In this document: piece by piece, positions 46,012 to 58,068 of the stretch
How the letters are laid out: every line of letters begins with the position of its first letter
How positions within the stretch are numbered: the stretch's first letter is position 1
Source: Caecitellus pseudoparvulus
Taxonomy: Eukaryota > Protista > Bigyra: Bicosoecida
NCBI GenBank assembly: GCA_965644315.1
Contig: CBFFRQ010000200.1
Coordinates: 1-64,000 of the forward strand
Length of the DNA: 64,000 nucleotides
Direction of reading: 5' to 3'
Program-made: the position numbers and the translations under genes
Notes under the pieces: generated by a model
The model's database searches: none
What the model saw: only the letters and a program-made list of their open reading frames with translations
Told to the model about the DNA's origin: nothing

Positions 46012-47685
46012 ATGGACAGCGTCCGGCGGTCTCTCGGGCGCCTGTTGGCGGTGGCTGGCCACACAGCCCCTGTCATTGCTGCTGCAGGGGCTGCAGGGCC
46101 CACCATCATCGTGCACGCGTGCGTGCCAGGCGCGAGTGCCGTGCGGATTTTGAACCTTCCCACGCACACCCACACCCCTTGCCCGGCATCACAGGGAGGA
46201 CGGCGCCGTCACCACGCTGCCGGCCGATGCGCCCTGTCGCGGCGTGTCCATGTGGGAGTACCCCGCCAACGCACCCTGCGAAGACCGGCATGTCGTCACC
46301 TCCACAGGCGGGTTGGTGTTTGCCGCTGTCATGGACGGTCACGGGGGGTGGCAGGCCAGCGAGTACGCCGTGCGTGCAGTGCAGACGGGCGCGAGGGCGC
46401 GCAGCACGGACGCGCCCTGGACACCCCCACACCCCGCCCCGCCTCGCAGAAGAACCACCTGTGGACCAACATCCTGTCCGAGATGGGGGGGCGCACCCCC
46501 CCCAACAGCCCCCCCTCCCGCTCACCCTCTGCCTCCGAGGTGGCGGGCGCCCTGGTGCGGGGCTACGAGCGCACAGACAGGGGCTTCATGACCGCCATTC
46601 GTCCCGCCTTCGACGTGGGCTTCGGGGAGGTGGGGCGCGTCGGCTGCTGCGCCGTGTCCGTCGTCATCGCCTCCGACGTCCTCGTCGTGGCCAACGCAGG
46701 CGACTGCCGGGCCGTGCTGGGGTCCAAGGCTGCGCCAGGAGACGCACCGCCCTCCTCAGCCCCGTCCCAGACCCAACCGGAGCAGGGGTCGGGCAGTGAC
46801 ACGGCACACCCCCTGGCCACCGCGGGGGCACTGGTGGATCCCACCTCCCTGCCATCCACCCCTGCCGCCCTGGCAGCTGTGGGCTGGGCCGCCACGCCTC
46901 TGTCCCAGGACCACAACTCCCGCCTGGAGCGCGAACAGAGCCGCCTGCGCCGGGCGCACCCTGGCGAGGACGACATCGTGGTGTGCCGTTCCCCCACCTC
47001 CTGCTACGTCAAAGGGCGGCTGCAGCCGACACGGGCGCTGGGGGACATGTACTTGAAGTACTCGGAGTTTAACGGCCGGGCGGGGACTCGCCTGTACGGC
47101 CGGCACGTGAAGGCCCCCTACACCCCCCCCTACATCACCGCCACGCCCCAGGTGCAGAGCCATGCCCTGCGCGGCGGCGAGGACGCCTTCCTGCTCCTGG
47201 CGTGTGACGGCATTTGGGACGTGTTCTCGAACGAAGAGGCGGTTGCCTTCGTCGCCAACGACACGGGCGACCCCTCTACCGTCTCGGAGCGACTCATCGC
47301 CGCCGTGCTGGCACGGGAGGCTGCCGCCAAGGGCCTCACTGTGGAGCAACTGCAGGCAGTGCGCCCAGGCCGTGTCCGGCGCAGCATGCACGACGACATG
47401 ACGGCCATGGTGCTGTGGCTGGACACGCCAGCTGGGCGGGACATCGTCGCGCAACGCACGCCCAAGCAGGCAGAGGCCCAGGGGGGGGGGTCTTCCTGGT
47501 GGCCGTTTGGGGGCAAACCGGTGGCTGCCGAGGCAGAGCCGTCGCCTCAGGCAGCCGCCAACGCGACGGCCTCGGCAGTGGAGGCGGTGGCGGCGGCCTC
47601 GGGGGGTCTGCCAGTCTCCATCAGCTACGTGGCGCCCCACCCCGTGTCAGGCGCGACGGAAGCGCCCCCTGCCGAGCGTGCCTGA
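46012..47685 (+). CDS. PP2C-family phosphatase (pyruvate dehydrogenase phosphatase / plant clade-D-like)
   Basis: ANAPCEDR and DGHGG lie in an exon in another frame, bounded by introns at about 46119-46194 and 46369-46449; then ANAGDCRAVLG, VKGRLQPTRALGD, LACDGIWD, HDDMT. Confidence 0.92.
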   Translation: MDSVRRSLGRLLAVAGHTAPVIAAAGAAGPTIIVHACVPGASAVRILNLPTHTHTPCPASQGGRRRHHAAGRCALSRRVHVGVPRQRTLRRPACRHLHRRVGVCRCHGRSRGVAGQRVRRACSADGREGAQHGRALDTPTPRPASQKNHLWTNILSEMGGRTPPNSPPSRSPSASEVAGALVRGYERTDRGFMTAIRPAFDVGFGEVGRVGCCAVSVVIASDVLVVANAGDCRAVLGSKAAPGDAPPSSAPSQTQPEQGSGSDTAHPLATAGALVDPTSLPSTPAALAAVGWAATPLSQDHNSRLEREQSRLRRAHPGEDDIVVCRSPTSCYVKGRLQPTRALGDMYLKYSEFNGRAGTRLYGRHVKAPYTPPYITATPQVQSHALRGGEDAFLLLACDGIWDVFSNEEAVAFVANDTGDPSTVSERLIAAVLAREAAAKGLTVEQLQAVRPGRVRRSMHDDMTAMVLWLDTPAGRDIVAQRTPKQAEAQGGGSSWWPFGGKPVAAEAEPSPQAAANATASAVEAVAAASGGLPVSISYVAPHPVSGATEAPPAERA

Positions 47686-48080
47686 GAGATTGGGCCATGG
47701 AAATGCACTGTCAGCTCGCGAGGGCGAGGGCGACATGCTTGGTCCTCTGAAGAATTGGCCTGTACAGGCTCTTTGCCTCAGTGCTGACCAGCTGAGTGAC
47801 TTGCATCTTGCTCTTTCATCAGTCGGACGCTTCAATCTATTTTACAGACCAGCGGTGCGCCAGACGACACCCATTTGCAAAACAAACACCCCACACAACA
47901 ACACGACGGCATTCCCTACGAATGCACCCTAGACCCGAGCGGCCACCTCGCCCGTGCCGAGTGCCACTGCAGGCGATTCGGCCGCTGCTCCGACGCCGCC
48001 TGCGCCACCTCCGTCCCAAGCGCGCTCGCTCGCTCGCCTTTGCAGCGCAGCACGCGAACCAGCGGGGGAACCAAGCGAAG

Positions 48081-49415
48081 ATGGCTGCCGAAGCATTCTC
48101 CATCGCCGAAATCGGCGTCAAGAACACCTCGTACAAGCTGACACGGCCAGGTGAGTGGGGGTGGGACGTCGCGGCGACTGACTGTGCGCGGCCGACAGGC
48201 GACCGCTGCGTGCTGCCGCCGTCGTGCTGGGCGCCAGTGCGGGGAAGCCAGCATGCTGTGCTCACACATGGACTGCCCGTTTTTGCCACAGACCCCCACA
48301 ACGCAGCCACCGGCTCGGCGCTAGACGCCACACGCATGGATGATCGCATGCGGCCAGGCCAGAACCCTGCCGGCGCCGCCAGTGATGCCGTGGACGGTGA
48401 TGCGTTTTCCCACCACCGCAAGACGACACGAGTGACACCCAAGAGTGCGTAGCCGCGGAGGCTGTGTGGGCATGGCTGCGGGGCGGCTGCGTCGGGCACT
48501 GGCTGCCGCGCGCGTTTCTGCGCTGAACCTGCACCTCGCGCACCATCACGCTGCGCCCGCGCCCGACGCAGAGTTCCTGCGCAAGCACACAGGTACCGGC
48601 GGCCTGACAGACGTGGGTCTGGCACAGAAGGCGGCTGCAGCGCGCAGTGGCCACGGCGTGACGAGCAAGCCCAAACGGGCTGGTGCGTTCAAGAAGCGAG
48701 CCAACCCGCCCAACACTGAGTTTCGCCGTGCCTACGAGCGGGGAGACCTGCCCCTGTCCATCTTCCAGGCGGTGAAGAACCGCATTCTGTGGAAGAAGCC
48801 CGTCACACGGCTGGACTACCACCACTACCTGCCGCTGTTTTTCGAGGGCCTCCGGGAGACAGAGGAGCCCTACCGCTTCATCGCCGAGGAGGGCGTGTAC
48901 GACCTCCTGCACCACGGCGGCGCAGCCAAGATCCTGCCCGTCATCCCCCAGCTCATTCTGCCCATGAAGGACGCCCTGAACACGCGGGACGTCAGCGTCA
49001 TGGTGCGCGTGCTGAAGGTGCTGCAGACGCTGGTGGAGGCTGGGCCCATGATTGGCGAGGCCCTTGTCCCATACTACCGCCAGCTGCTGCCCGTCCTGAA
49101 CATCTTCAAACAGAAGAATGGTGCGTGCACCTGTCCTGCTCCGCCACGCGTGCCTGCCAACCCCACCTGTCCTGGCACCTTCCCCACAGTGAACTTGGGC
49201 AACGGCATCGAGTACGGCCAGCGCCGGCGGGAGAACGTCGGTGACCTCATCAACGAAACGCTGGAGAAGCTGGAGATGACTGGCGGTGAAGACGCGTACA
49301 GTGCGTGCCGCTGCCGCTGCTGGGAGCCCCCGGGCTTGCACCCCCGCCGCCCCACCTCCCTCCCACAGTCAACCTCAAGTACATGGTGCCAACGTACGAG
49401 TCAGTGTTTTTGTGA
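48081..49415 (+). CDS. PACRG: Parkin co-regulated gene protein (axonemal)
   Basis: [46 protein letters not shown] and final exon [11 protein letters not shown]; about four short introns. Confidence 0.95.
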
Positions 49416-49566
49416 GGGTGCAGGTGTGTGCTCCGGCAGGGGCGCCCCGTCTCGCAATGCATGCTGCGGTGCAGGGGGCGAGTGCCGCCACTTTCCACGC
49501 ATCAGCCTCCTCCTCACGCACTTGCTTGGCACTTGCACGGACGCAGCCTCCTCCAGCCGCGCCAAC

Positions 49567-50401
49567 ATGGCAGCTTCCCCGCCAGGCACGCCATGGCCGG
49601 CGGACATTGATCCCAGCACGTGGACCAGCGCCCCCGCCGCCAAGGGCGCCGGCACTGACGCTGTGAAGGAGACGGAGGCGTTCGTCAAGGCGGCCATGGC
49701 AGACAACGACGCCAGCCACGACTTTGCACACATTGCACGGGTGCGCAACACAGCCCTGAAGCTGGCAGCCGAAGAGGGATACGATGAGAATGCTGATTTT
49801 CTGGAGATGGTGGAGCTGGCTGCCTTGCTGCACGATGTGAACGACTGGAAATATGCCAAGGAAGGTGCGTGGCGAATTCCGCAGCCACCCGCCGTTTGAA
49901 GGCCTGCACGCGCCGCCTCTGCACTGCACAGGTGCGACGAAGGTCACCCCAGCCGAGTGGCTTGCAAGCATCTCCTTCCCTGCTGACAAGGCCGCCCTCA
50001 TCGTGAACACCATTGACAGGATGGGCTTCAAAGAGAGCCTGGGCGGCGGGTCGACGGCTGGCTCAGACGACCCCCGCGCCAAGGCACTGCTGGAGGTGGT
50101 GCAGGACGCCGACCGCCTGGACGCAGTGGGCGCCATCGGCATCGCGCGGTGCCTGACGTATGGCGGCGCGAAACACCGTGCATTGTTCGACCCAGATGTG
50201 AAGCCGCTTGTGGGCTTGACCAAGGAGCAGTACATGGCCGCTGGCAAGAACGGCAACAGCGTGAACCACTTCTACGAGAAGCTGTTCACGCTGCAGGGGC
50301 GCATGAACACGGCGGCAGGCAAGGCGCTGGCAGCGGGCCGGCACGAGGTCATGGTGGCCTTCATCTGCACGTTGCTGGGAGAGTGGAGTGGGGCCCAGTG
50401 A
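49567..50401 (+). CDS. HD-domain phosphohydrolase (YpgQ/YedJ-like)
   Basis: [45 protein letters not shown]; intron 49865-49931. Confidence 0.9.
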
Positions 50402-50426
50402 GGGGGTGGTGGATCCCCCCTCCCGC

Positions 50427-51302
50427 TCACTGCACGTACACCATCCACGCCACGACGAGGTAGAAGAGACAGACGGGGTACACCGCCAGCACCCTCCTGT
50501 CCTCTGGCACCAGGCTGCCCATGAATACAACTGACGCACGGGTGCTCCAGACGTATGCCGCCACCACTGCGATGGTGCGCACGAGGGCATTGGCCACGAA
50601 GATGCTGACGAGGGAAGCCAGCACCAGGGGGAAGACGCAGTAGCCCAGGACGCAGACAGACTGGAAGAACGATCTGTGCGGGGGCGAGGTGTGCAGGGTG
50701 CGTGAGGTCGTCGGTGCCCCCCTCGTGCACTGTGCAGTGTTGACTCACATGCTGCCACCGAGCAACTGTGCGTTCAGGCTCACCACCGCTGCGCCTGACC
50801 ACACCAGCACGAAGACGGCGGCAAAGACGAGGGACGTCTGGTCCACGCTGGCCGAGGCGGAGATAGAGATGGAGAGGGCCAGGCACAGCAGTAGGGGTCC
50901 CCCTGTGTCGAGCAGTGGCAGGGCGGGCCGGTGCGCGGGCGGGGCAGAGCCGCACAGGGCCACAGGCTACGCACACAAGTCCCAGTCCCGCAACGCCTTG
51001 AGGGTGTCTTGACTGCCGCCCTTGGGCAGCAGCACATGCCACAGCTTTGTCCCCACCATGCGCAGGTCCCGCATCTGTGCGTGGCGAGGCGACGTGGTGC
51101 CAAGTGGCGTTTTCCGCAACCCGCTCAAGGCACGCACGAAGGTCGCCGAGACCGGCTCGTCCAGCGTCATGAGCTGGTCGTTGTGTGCGCCAGCAACACT
51201 GTCCACAGTGGCAGGCCGCATGGTGCCTTCCACATTGGGTGGCGGCGGGGGGGACGCCTGTGGCGCCGAGGCTGCCGCTGGCTGCGGCGTGCTCCCAGAC
51301 AT
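50427..51302 (-). CDS. YIPF6: Yip1-domain protein, YIPF6-like
   Basis: TLDEPVSATF, LRDWDL(W)GPL, LNAQLLGG, YCVFPL, LAVYPVCLFY across four exons. Confidence 0.9.
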
Positions 51303-51451
51303 GTCCAGCTCGGGGGCCAACGCGTGGGGTGTGGAGGCACAAGAGCCTGCCTGAGCAACAGGCAAGGATCACACGCACACACACATGCGCACAGGGCAGT
51401 CACGTTGACTTGTTTTTGCATTTACCCCGCGGGCGCTCGTGTGCCGGCATG

Positions 51452-53521
51452 TCACGGGGACAGGTGCGGCGCTGGCACAGGTGTGTAGGAGGGGGAGTGA
51501 GAGCGGCGAGCAGCCTGGCGCCGCCACAGCACCAGCAACACCAACAACCCCACCACCACCACTGCACTGGCGCCTATACCCACCGACACACCCTGCGTGT
51601 GCACAGACGCCGCCGCCTGCACTGCTCGGCGCAGCTCGGCAGCATCCGCCTCCCGAGCCACATGTGGCACAGGGGAGGGCGGCAGGGCCAGGGTGGGGTT
51701 GCCCGCCACCCGCTCAGCCGTGGCCACTGCTGCCTTCATGTACGAGTTCTCAGCAGCAGGGGGTGGCGTGGCCGTCACCGCCTCCCCCCGAGCCAGGGCC
51801 AGCAGCGCAGGCCCGTACACACTCTCCACCTCCTGCATGGCAGCCGCCTCCTCCTCCGCATGCCAGTTCTGCGGCGTCTCCCACCACCGCTGGGGCTGCA
51901 CGGCACTCTTCCAGTCCGGCGGCCGCTGGTCCTCTGGCGTCAGGCAGATGCCCAGGCTCTCCAGGTCCGCCAGCGCCGTGGGGCTGGTACCTGACCTGCA
52001 GTTGCACTGGTAGTTGTCTGTGAGGGACACGATCCAATGCACCCAGTAGGAAGGGATGTACAACACTTCGCCTTGCCGCAGCACCGTCTCCAGCCCTCGC
52101 CCTGCCGCATAGTCGGCACATGACTCCAGACCGGGCGTGTACAGTGTGCGCAGGTCCGACCCATCATACCCGACATGGCGGGCGGAGGGGCCGTCAGGCA
52201 TGATGGCCAGGTGCTTGCACTCACTGGGGGGGGTCAGGATGTACCGCTTGGCCCCCCCCAGCATGGCCACGTAGTTCAGGTGGCCGTCCCAATGCGCCTC
52301 GGCAATGGTGCCTGCCGTGCCGAAGCGGCAGTGCAAGCCTCGGATGTCCCCTCGGTTGGACAAGAACAAGTCTGTGGCGGGGTTGTGTTCCTTGCTGCGG
52401 AACAGGTGGATGTCCTGTCCGGGGGGTTTCTGCCCGTCGTCGTGGTCGTCCCCGAACTCCAGGTAGGCACGGGGGTACCACTGGGCGGCGTTGACGTCGG
52501 TGGCGTTCAGGGGCCACCACCACCAGGGCCATTCCCCGCCACCCTTGCCATCCGCTGGCGCCGCGGCAGTCGTGCCTGTGGACCGGTGCAGGAGCGTCAG
52601 CGCAGCGCCGAAATACGGCCGCAGGGGGTGGTCAGGCAGCGCCGCCGCCGCCTCGGCAATGGTGCCCGGCACAGTGCCTGCGGGCGTCCGGGCACGGGAG
52701 ATTTCGTTGGCAGCCCGCTCCACGCGCGATCTCAACTCGACGTTGTTCTGCACCCACTGCCCGAAGGTCATGCTGGACTTGATGGGGGGTGGGTGCCGGT
52801 AGGTGTACCCCTTGGCACGGGCCTCCGCCTCACCCTTGGTGCGCGTAGCAGGGCGTTGGGCGGGCTGCAGATTGTCGTCTTCCTCGTGGCCCAGGTTCTG
52901 CACGGCGCCTCGCACGACGGCATTCCACTCCTCCCGGTTTCGAATCTCGTCACGGCCCCGCCCCCGGTAGTACATGAGGTGGTTGGCGTGGGAAGAGGTG
53001 GCGCCGTATGCCGTGTCCCCGAAACGCCGCAGCAGGCTGTCGGTGTCTGCCCACTTGTCCACCACCTCCAGCATGTTGGGCGTGTTCACGACGACGAAGG
53101 GCAGCTCCAGCTGCCGCAGCTTCAGCGCCCGCGCGTACTGCTCAGGGTCCTGGAAGTCCAGGTGCTCCAGCGTGTCAAACATGCGCCCGCCGTCAGGAGG
53201 CAGGTCAGTCACGTCAGGGTTCCACCGAGTCAGCATGCGCTGTGGCAGGGGGCAGCCAAGTGGTCAGGGCGGCGTGCTTGCCTCGGCGCTTGCTGGCGTT
53301 TCGCACACATCAGTGAAACGTCGCCTCCTCGCACGCACCTTCAGAGGGAACATGCGGGGGTAATTTTCGCGCATCTCCTTCAGAGTTTCACCTTTGGCCT
53401 TGGGTGTCTGAGATGCGACCCGCTTGTACGCTGGCAGCTCCTTCGGGTCCAAGGCTGCTCCGCCGTGCCTCGGCAGCGTGCACAGAAGCGCCGCCAGCGC
53501 CACCCCGGCACCGAGCCGCAT
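51452..53521 (-). CDS. JmjC/cupin-8 2-oxoglutarate oxygenase with signal peptide and C-terminal TM helix
   Basis: MRLGAGVALAALLC N-terminus; AHWDGHLN (HxD) and GEVLYIPSYWVH (distal His); TM GIGASAVVVVGLLVLLVLW followed by RR. One intron at about 53240-53337. Confidence 0.8.
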
Positions 53522-53786
53522 GGCGCAAAGGGGGTGAGCAGCGAAAACCTGACAACACCAGAACTGTAACCACCCAGCCTGAGCTTCCTGTATGTGTTGG
53601 GCTCGATCGTTGTGGCTGGAGGGCGGATCTGCCTGGCCTGCCGCGCAGTGGAGTGCTCGCCCCACAATCCAGCCTCACGGACCCCAAACGAAGGCCGGCC
53701 ACAGAGTGCCAGCAACTCCGACAGGACCACCTCATCCCCCTTCTTACCTGCTGCATTCACTTCCCGGCTTCCTGCTTGCGCCAGGC

Positions 53787-55184
53787 ATGCTTCGCGGATT
53801 GCCAGCCAAGTGGGCTTTGCAGCGCAGCATCCCCCCCCTGCTGCGTTTCACAGCGCCGCCTGCCCGGGCTTTGCACGCAGGGCGTTATGCCGTGGATAAC
53901 ACGGGTGCAGTCCGCCAACTGACCCGCTCTGGGGAGTGGTTTCCCAGCACATCCCAGCCAGAGCCTGCTCCAAGCGGTGTGGGGGGGTTGCCAGGGCGCC
54001 TGCTGAGACACGTCTTGCCACGAGGCTTCCCACACACCGTGGCGCCATGGTACGCGGAATTTGCAGGCTGGCACGCGCTGTCGGCAACGGCTTCTGCGGC
54101 AGGGGGCGTGCTGGCCATGCAGAGTCTGCTGTACGCCGTAGGGCTCGGTGCAGGTGCAGTGCCTGTGGCGGGTGCCGTGAACTGGGTGCTGAAGGATGGT
54201 GTAGGGCAGCTGGGCGGCATGCTGTTCGCCTCTGCGACAGCAACGCGCTTCGACAGTGACCCCAAGCGCTGGCGCGTCCTGGCTGGCGTGGCCCTGGACG
54301 CTGCCTGCCTGCTCGAGATCGCCACAGCAGCCGCTCCCGCCGCCTTTCTGCCCATCGCGGCGGTGGCGAACGTGGGCAAGAACATCTCCTGGATCTCTGC
54401 GTCTGCCACACGCGCGGCGGTGCACCAGGCTGCCTCCAAGACCGGCGCCCTGGCAGATGTCACTGCCAAGAGCGGGAGCCAGAGCATGGCTGCCAGCACG
54501 CTTGGCACAGGGCTTGGCGTGGCCCTGTCGCCGCTGGTGGGCAGTGACCCAGGCGTCATTGCGCCGGTGATCGTGGCGCTCTCTGCAGTGCACCTGCTGT
54601 GCCTCGTCAAGTCCATGTCTGCGGTGCACCTGTCCAGTTTCAACGCGCGGCGGCTGGCTGCCGCAGTTTCACCTGCGTTTCGCGACCCCCTGTGGTGGCA
54701 GGCGCCGCCTGCGCCAGGCAAGCTAGGCCTGGCCGTGTCCACGCCCGAGGAAGTGTCTGAAGCACTTGGACTGGACCTGCTGCCGTCTCCATGCCCGCTC
54801 AGCTCCTGCCTCTCTGTGGGGGGCTCGTTGGAGGACATGCCTGCCGGCGTCGCGCAAGCACTTCGCTGCGCGGTGGCTTCGCCTGGCGCCTCGCAGCTCC
54901 ACGACAGCGGCGTGTTCACACACTGCCACAGTGGCGGCATGTACACTCTGGCCGTCGCTGCGGAGGGTTCTGGCCGACAGAGGGCGCACTTGCTGCTGTC
55001 TGAGGCGGCTGGGGATGGGGACGTCGTGTGTGGTGCGCTGCACGCCCTGGCGCTGAGTCAACTGCCACCGGCACAGCACGCCCCCGCCAGCGCTGCCCTG
55101 GACTCAGGAGGTGCGGCGGCTCACCTGCTGGGGGCTCTGCAAGCCGCTGGGTGGAGCGCTGCTCACCACAAGTTGGAGGGGTGA
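53787..55184 (+). CDS. RUS1/DUF647 (root UVB sensitive-like) protein, probably organelle-targeted
   Basis: LPRGFPHTV, NWVLKDGVGQLG, FDSDPKRWR, SATRAAVH, LADVTAKSGSQ. Confidence 0.9.
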   Translation: MLRGLPAKWALQRSIPPLLRFTAPPARALHAGRYAVDNTGAVRQLTRSGEWFPSTSQPEPAPSGVGGLPGRLLRHVLPRGFPHTVAPWYAEFAGWHALSATASAAGGVLAMQSLLYAVGLGAGAVPVAGAVNWVLKDGVGQLGGMLFASATATRFDSDPKRWRVLAGVALDAACLLEIATAAAPAAFLPIAAVANVGKNISWISASATRAAVHQAASKTGALADVTAKSGSQSMAASTLGTGLGVALSPLVGSDPGVIAPVIVALSAVHLLCLVKSMSAVHLSSFNARRLAAAVSPAFRDPLWWQAPPAPGKLGLAVSTPEEVSEALGLDLLPSPCPLSSCLSVGGSLEDMPAGVAQALRCAVASPGASQLHDSGVFTHCHSGGMYTLAVAAEGSGRQRAHLLLSEAAGDGDVVCGALHALALSQLPPAQHAPASAALDSGGAAAHLLGALQAAGWSAAHHKLEG

Positions 55185-55252
55185 GGTGGGCCCAGGGAGT
55201 GGGTTGGCGTCCCTGCAGAGGTGTGCATTGTGTGAGAGGGGGGGCTGCGCGA

Positions 55253-56595
55253 CTACACTCGGTAGGAGATCTTGCGGTTCTTGAGGGGCGCCCAGCGCAT
55301 GCGCTTGTACCAGCCCGTCACGCCGGCAGCGACGAGAACGAAGAGGATGAACTTGTTGCCGGCGCGCTTGCGCTCGTCCTGGTGGGGCTCCGCCGCCCAG
55401 GACAGGAAGGTCGTGACGTCCTTGGCCATCTGGGAGATGGTGGAGGGCGTCCCGTCACCGTACTCCACAGCGCCGTCCACCAGCTGCTTGGGCATGCCGA
55501 TCTTGCCACCGGGGAAGTACGGGTTGTAGTACTGCCCAGCCTCCTCGTTCACCACCACGCCAGCGGGTGCCTCCTTGTACCCCGTCAGCAGGGCGAAGAG
55601 GTAGTTGTCGCCGTCGTGGCGAGCCTTGGTGATGAGGGAGAGGTCAGGCGGCAGGGCGCCGTTGTTGATGCTGCGTGCCTGCTCCTCGTTGGCGTAGGGG
55701 GCGGGGAAAGCGTCGTTCAGCTTGCCAGGGCGCTCGAACATCTCGCCTGTGTCGGGGAGCGTGTGCGTGCCAGTGCGTGGGTGAGGTGGCGGGAGGGGAG
55801 GGGGCGCTGAACCAGTGCGGATTTTGGCAGGCGGAAAAAGCAGGCACAGGCACAGCCACCGCACAGCATGGCACGGGGCGTGCACAGGGTGCGGAGGACG
55901 GGCGCAGCAGTTCCACATTGCACACACTGGCTGCCCACGCACCATCGTCGTCGGGGCCGTCCTCCACCTCGATCTCAGAGGCCAGCACCTTGGCCTCGTC
56001 CTCGGTGTAGCACACACCCACAAGGTTGCGGTAATGCATGAACTTCATGCTGTGCAGGGGCGCGTGGAAAGGGCGTGGGCAGTGACAGTGTGCCTGGCAC
56101 CGGGCAACGTGCATCATTCTCCCCACGGCACGTGCAGGGCCAGGGCAGACATGCCTGATGTGCGCCTCTACTTCCGCCGGTGCCCGTCACTTCAGGGCGG
56201 CGTGGCACACTTCGCCGGGGTGCAGGCAGCGCCACGACGCACCTGTGGCAGCTGGAGCACACCTCCTTGTACACCTGATGTCCACGGCGGATGCTGAGGG
56301 CGGGGAAAGGGTGTGCCAGGGCAAGTGCAGGAGTTGGGGGCAGTGATACGCAGGCAGTGCCGCACTCACCTCGCGACGTCGTAGCTGCTGAAGATGCCGT
56401 TGTGAGACCAGGGGTACTGGGCAGGGTGCAGCACATCGCCGTCTGCAGCAGCAGAAGGCACAGCCAAGGCAGCTGCGCCAGCGGCGGCGGGCAGCAGAAC
56501 CTTGGCTGCGGTGGCGGCCTGCGGAAATAGCGCACGTCGGTGTCTGGCCGCTGCGAGCAGTTGCAGGGCGCAGGGGGGCTCACCTTGGCGAACAT
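55253..56595 (-). CDS. CYC1: Mitochondrial cytochrome c1
   Basis: [17 protein letters not shown] heme motif, [37 protein letters not shown]-terminal TM; about five short introns. Confidence 0.97.
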
Positions 56596-56741
56596 GGCAG
56601 GCAGAGAGGGATGCAGCACAACCTGAAGGCACTCCTCGCAGGAGTCTCGGTGCGAAACGGTGGCAAGGGCAGGGTTGGCGGGCAGCCTGCATTGCTTGCA
56701 CTGGCCCACAGCTGAAGATTATCGACAGGGGGGGGGGTGCC

Positions 56742-58068
56742 TCACGCCCCGAAGCCGGCTGCCTGGGACAGGACGCCGATGAGGCCGCCAAACACTGCAC
56801 CCCACACCACCAGCCATCCCAAGTGCTCCCGGATGACCTGCTCCAGCAGCTGCGCAGGGCACGGAGAGGGAGCGTGCATGTGGCGTGAGCGCTGCGTTGC
56901 GCGGCGAAACGCACGGCTTTGATGTGGTGCGGCATGAGCAGCTTCAGCTTGGTGTTCATGAGCTCATCCAACTCGCTCCGCAGTGCATGCACATCCAGCA
57001 TGGTGCCCACATCCACCTGTGTCGCCAGGGCCTCCAGAGCTTGGCTGCCCAGGCCAGCGAGCAGCGGCTTCATGTGTGGCACCAGCGCGGCGGCGCCAGG
57101 GGGCTGCGTCGGGGCCAGCGTCATGCTCGCCATCATCAGCATACTGCTGAGGGAGCCACCCTGTGCGATGATGTCGCTCAGGCCCTTCTCAATGGCCCCG
57201 TCCATGCCGCCGCCTTCCACGGCTTCGCTGAGCTTGGCCTGCAACGCTGGCAGCGTCGATGCGATGAGCTTGTTGGCCCTGCTGCCGACGTAGCTGGCCA
57301 AGTACTCCTCGTCAAAGAAAGTGCCCATGATGGTGTTCTTGATGGAGGCGCGGATCTCCTTGAAGCGGCCGGGAATGACGCCGCTGCCGTACTGCGCCAG
57401 AGCAAGGGGGCAGGTTCGCTTGGGTGACCGCGGGTCGGCCGAGTCACTAGCCACTCACGATGCCTGGAACCTTCTCAAACAGCATGTGCACTGCGAGCCA
57501 GTTCGTCACTGCACCTGCCCAGCCGAAGAGCCCGAGGCTCAGCACATACCGTGCAGCAAAGTCTGCAAGCAGTGGGGCATGTGTGCGGATTTTGCCCGCC
57601 TTCCAAGGGAAGACAGGGCACTCACGGTCAGCCAGGAGAACCCAGATGATGCCGATAACCATGATGACAAACGTCACTCCATTTGCAATGTTCCCTTTGT
57701 TGCACCACAACCTGGGGGCGAACGTGTGTGGCATAGGCGCTGCAGTTTCGCGCAAACCATGCTCGCTTTCACACTCACTGGTACGTCGTGGCGGGCGGCG
57801 GCGCGTCCATGAGGCTCGTGGGGGTCTGGCTGCCCTGCGCATGGCACCATGAGGGAGTACGCTGCACGCCACCAGCGCCACTCTCCGCCCCCGCTCTGCG
57901 CCTCACATGTGCCAGCTCCTCTTGCTCGCCCTCCCCAGCTCGCCGGCCTGCCACAGGCTGCAGCGCTGCATCGGAGGCTTGCCCCGCAGCCACAGGCGCT
58001 GCCGCACCTTCACCGAGTTCTACATCTCCTGCTTCCGCGGGGGCTGTCGTGGACGGCGCTTCTGCCAT
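56742..58068 (-). CDS. DUF445-family membrane protein
   Basis: GLFGWAGAVTNWLAVHMLFEKVPG..YGSGVIP and final exon IREHLGWLVVWGAVFGGLIG. Intron 57778-57712 is frame-consistent with an upstream start at 58068. Confidence 0.82.

Noticed and set aside
48445-49899. Apparent PACRG-HD fusion in the 484-aa ORF
   Set aside because: Read-through of introns and intergenic DNA. PACRG ends at TGA 49415 after its last exon, followed by AATGCA, and the HD gene has its own ATG at 49567.
56366-57454. Apparent DUF445-cytochrome c1 presequence fusion ORF
   Set aside because: DUF445 ends at 56742 in a spliced last exon and CYC1 starts at 56595; the open frame is coincidental.
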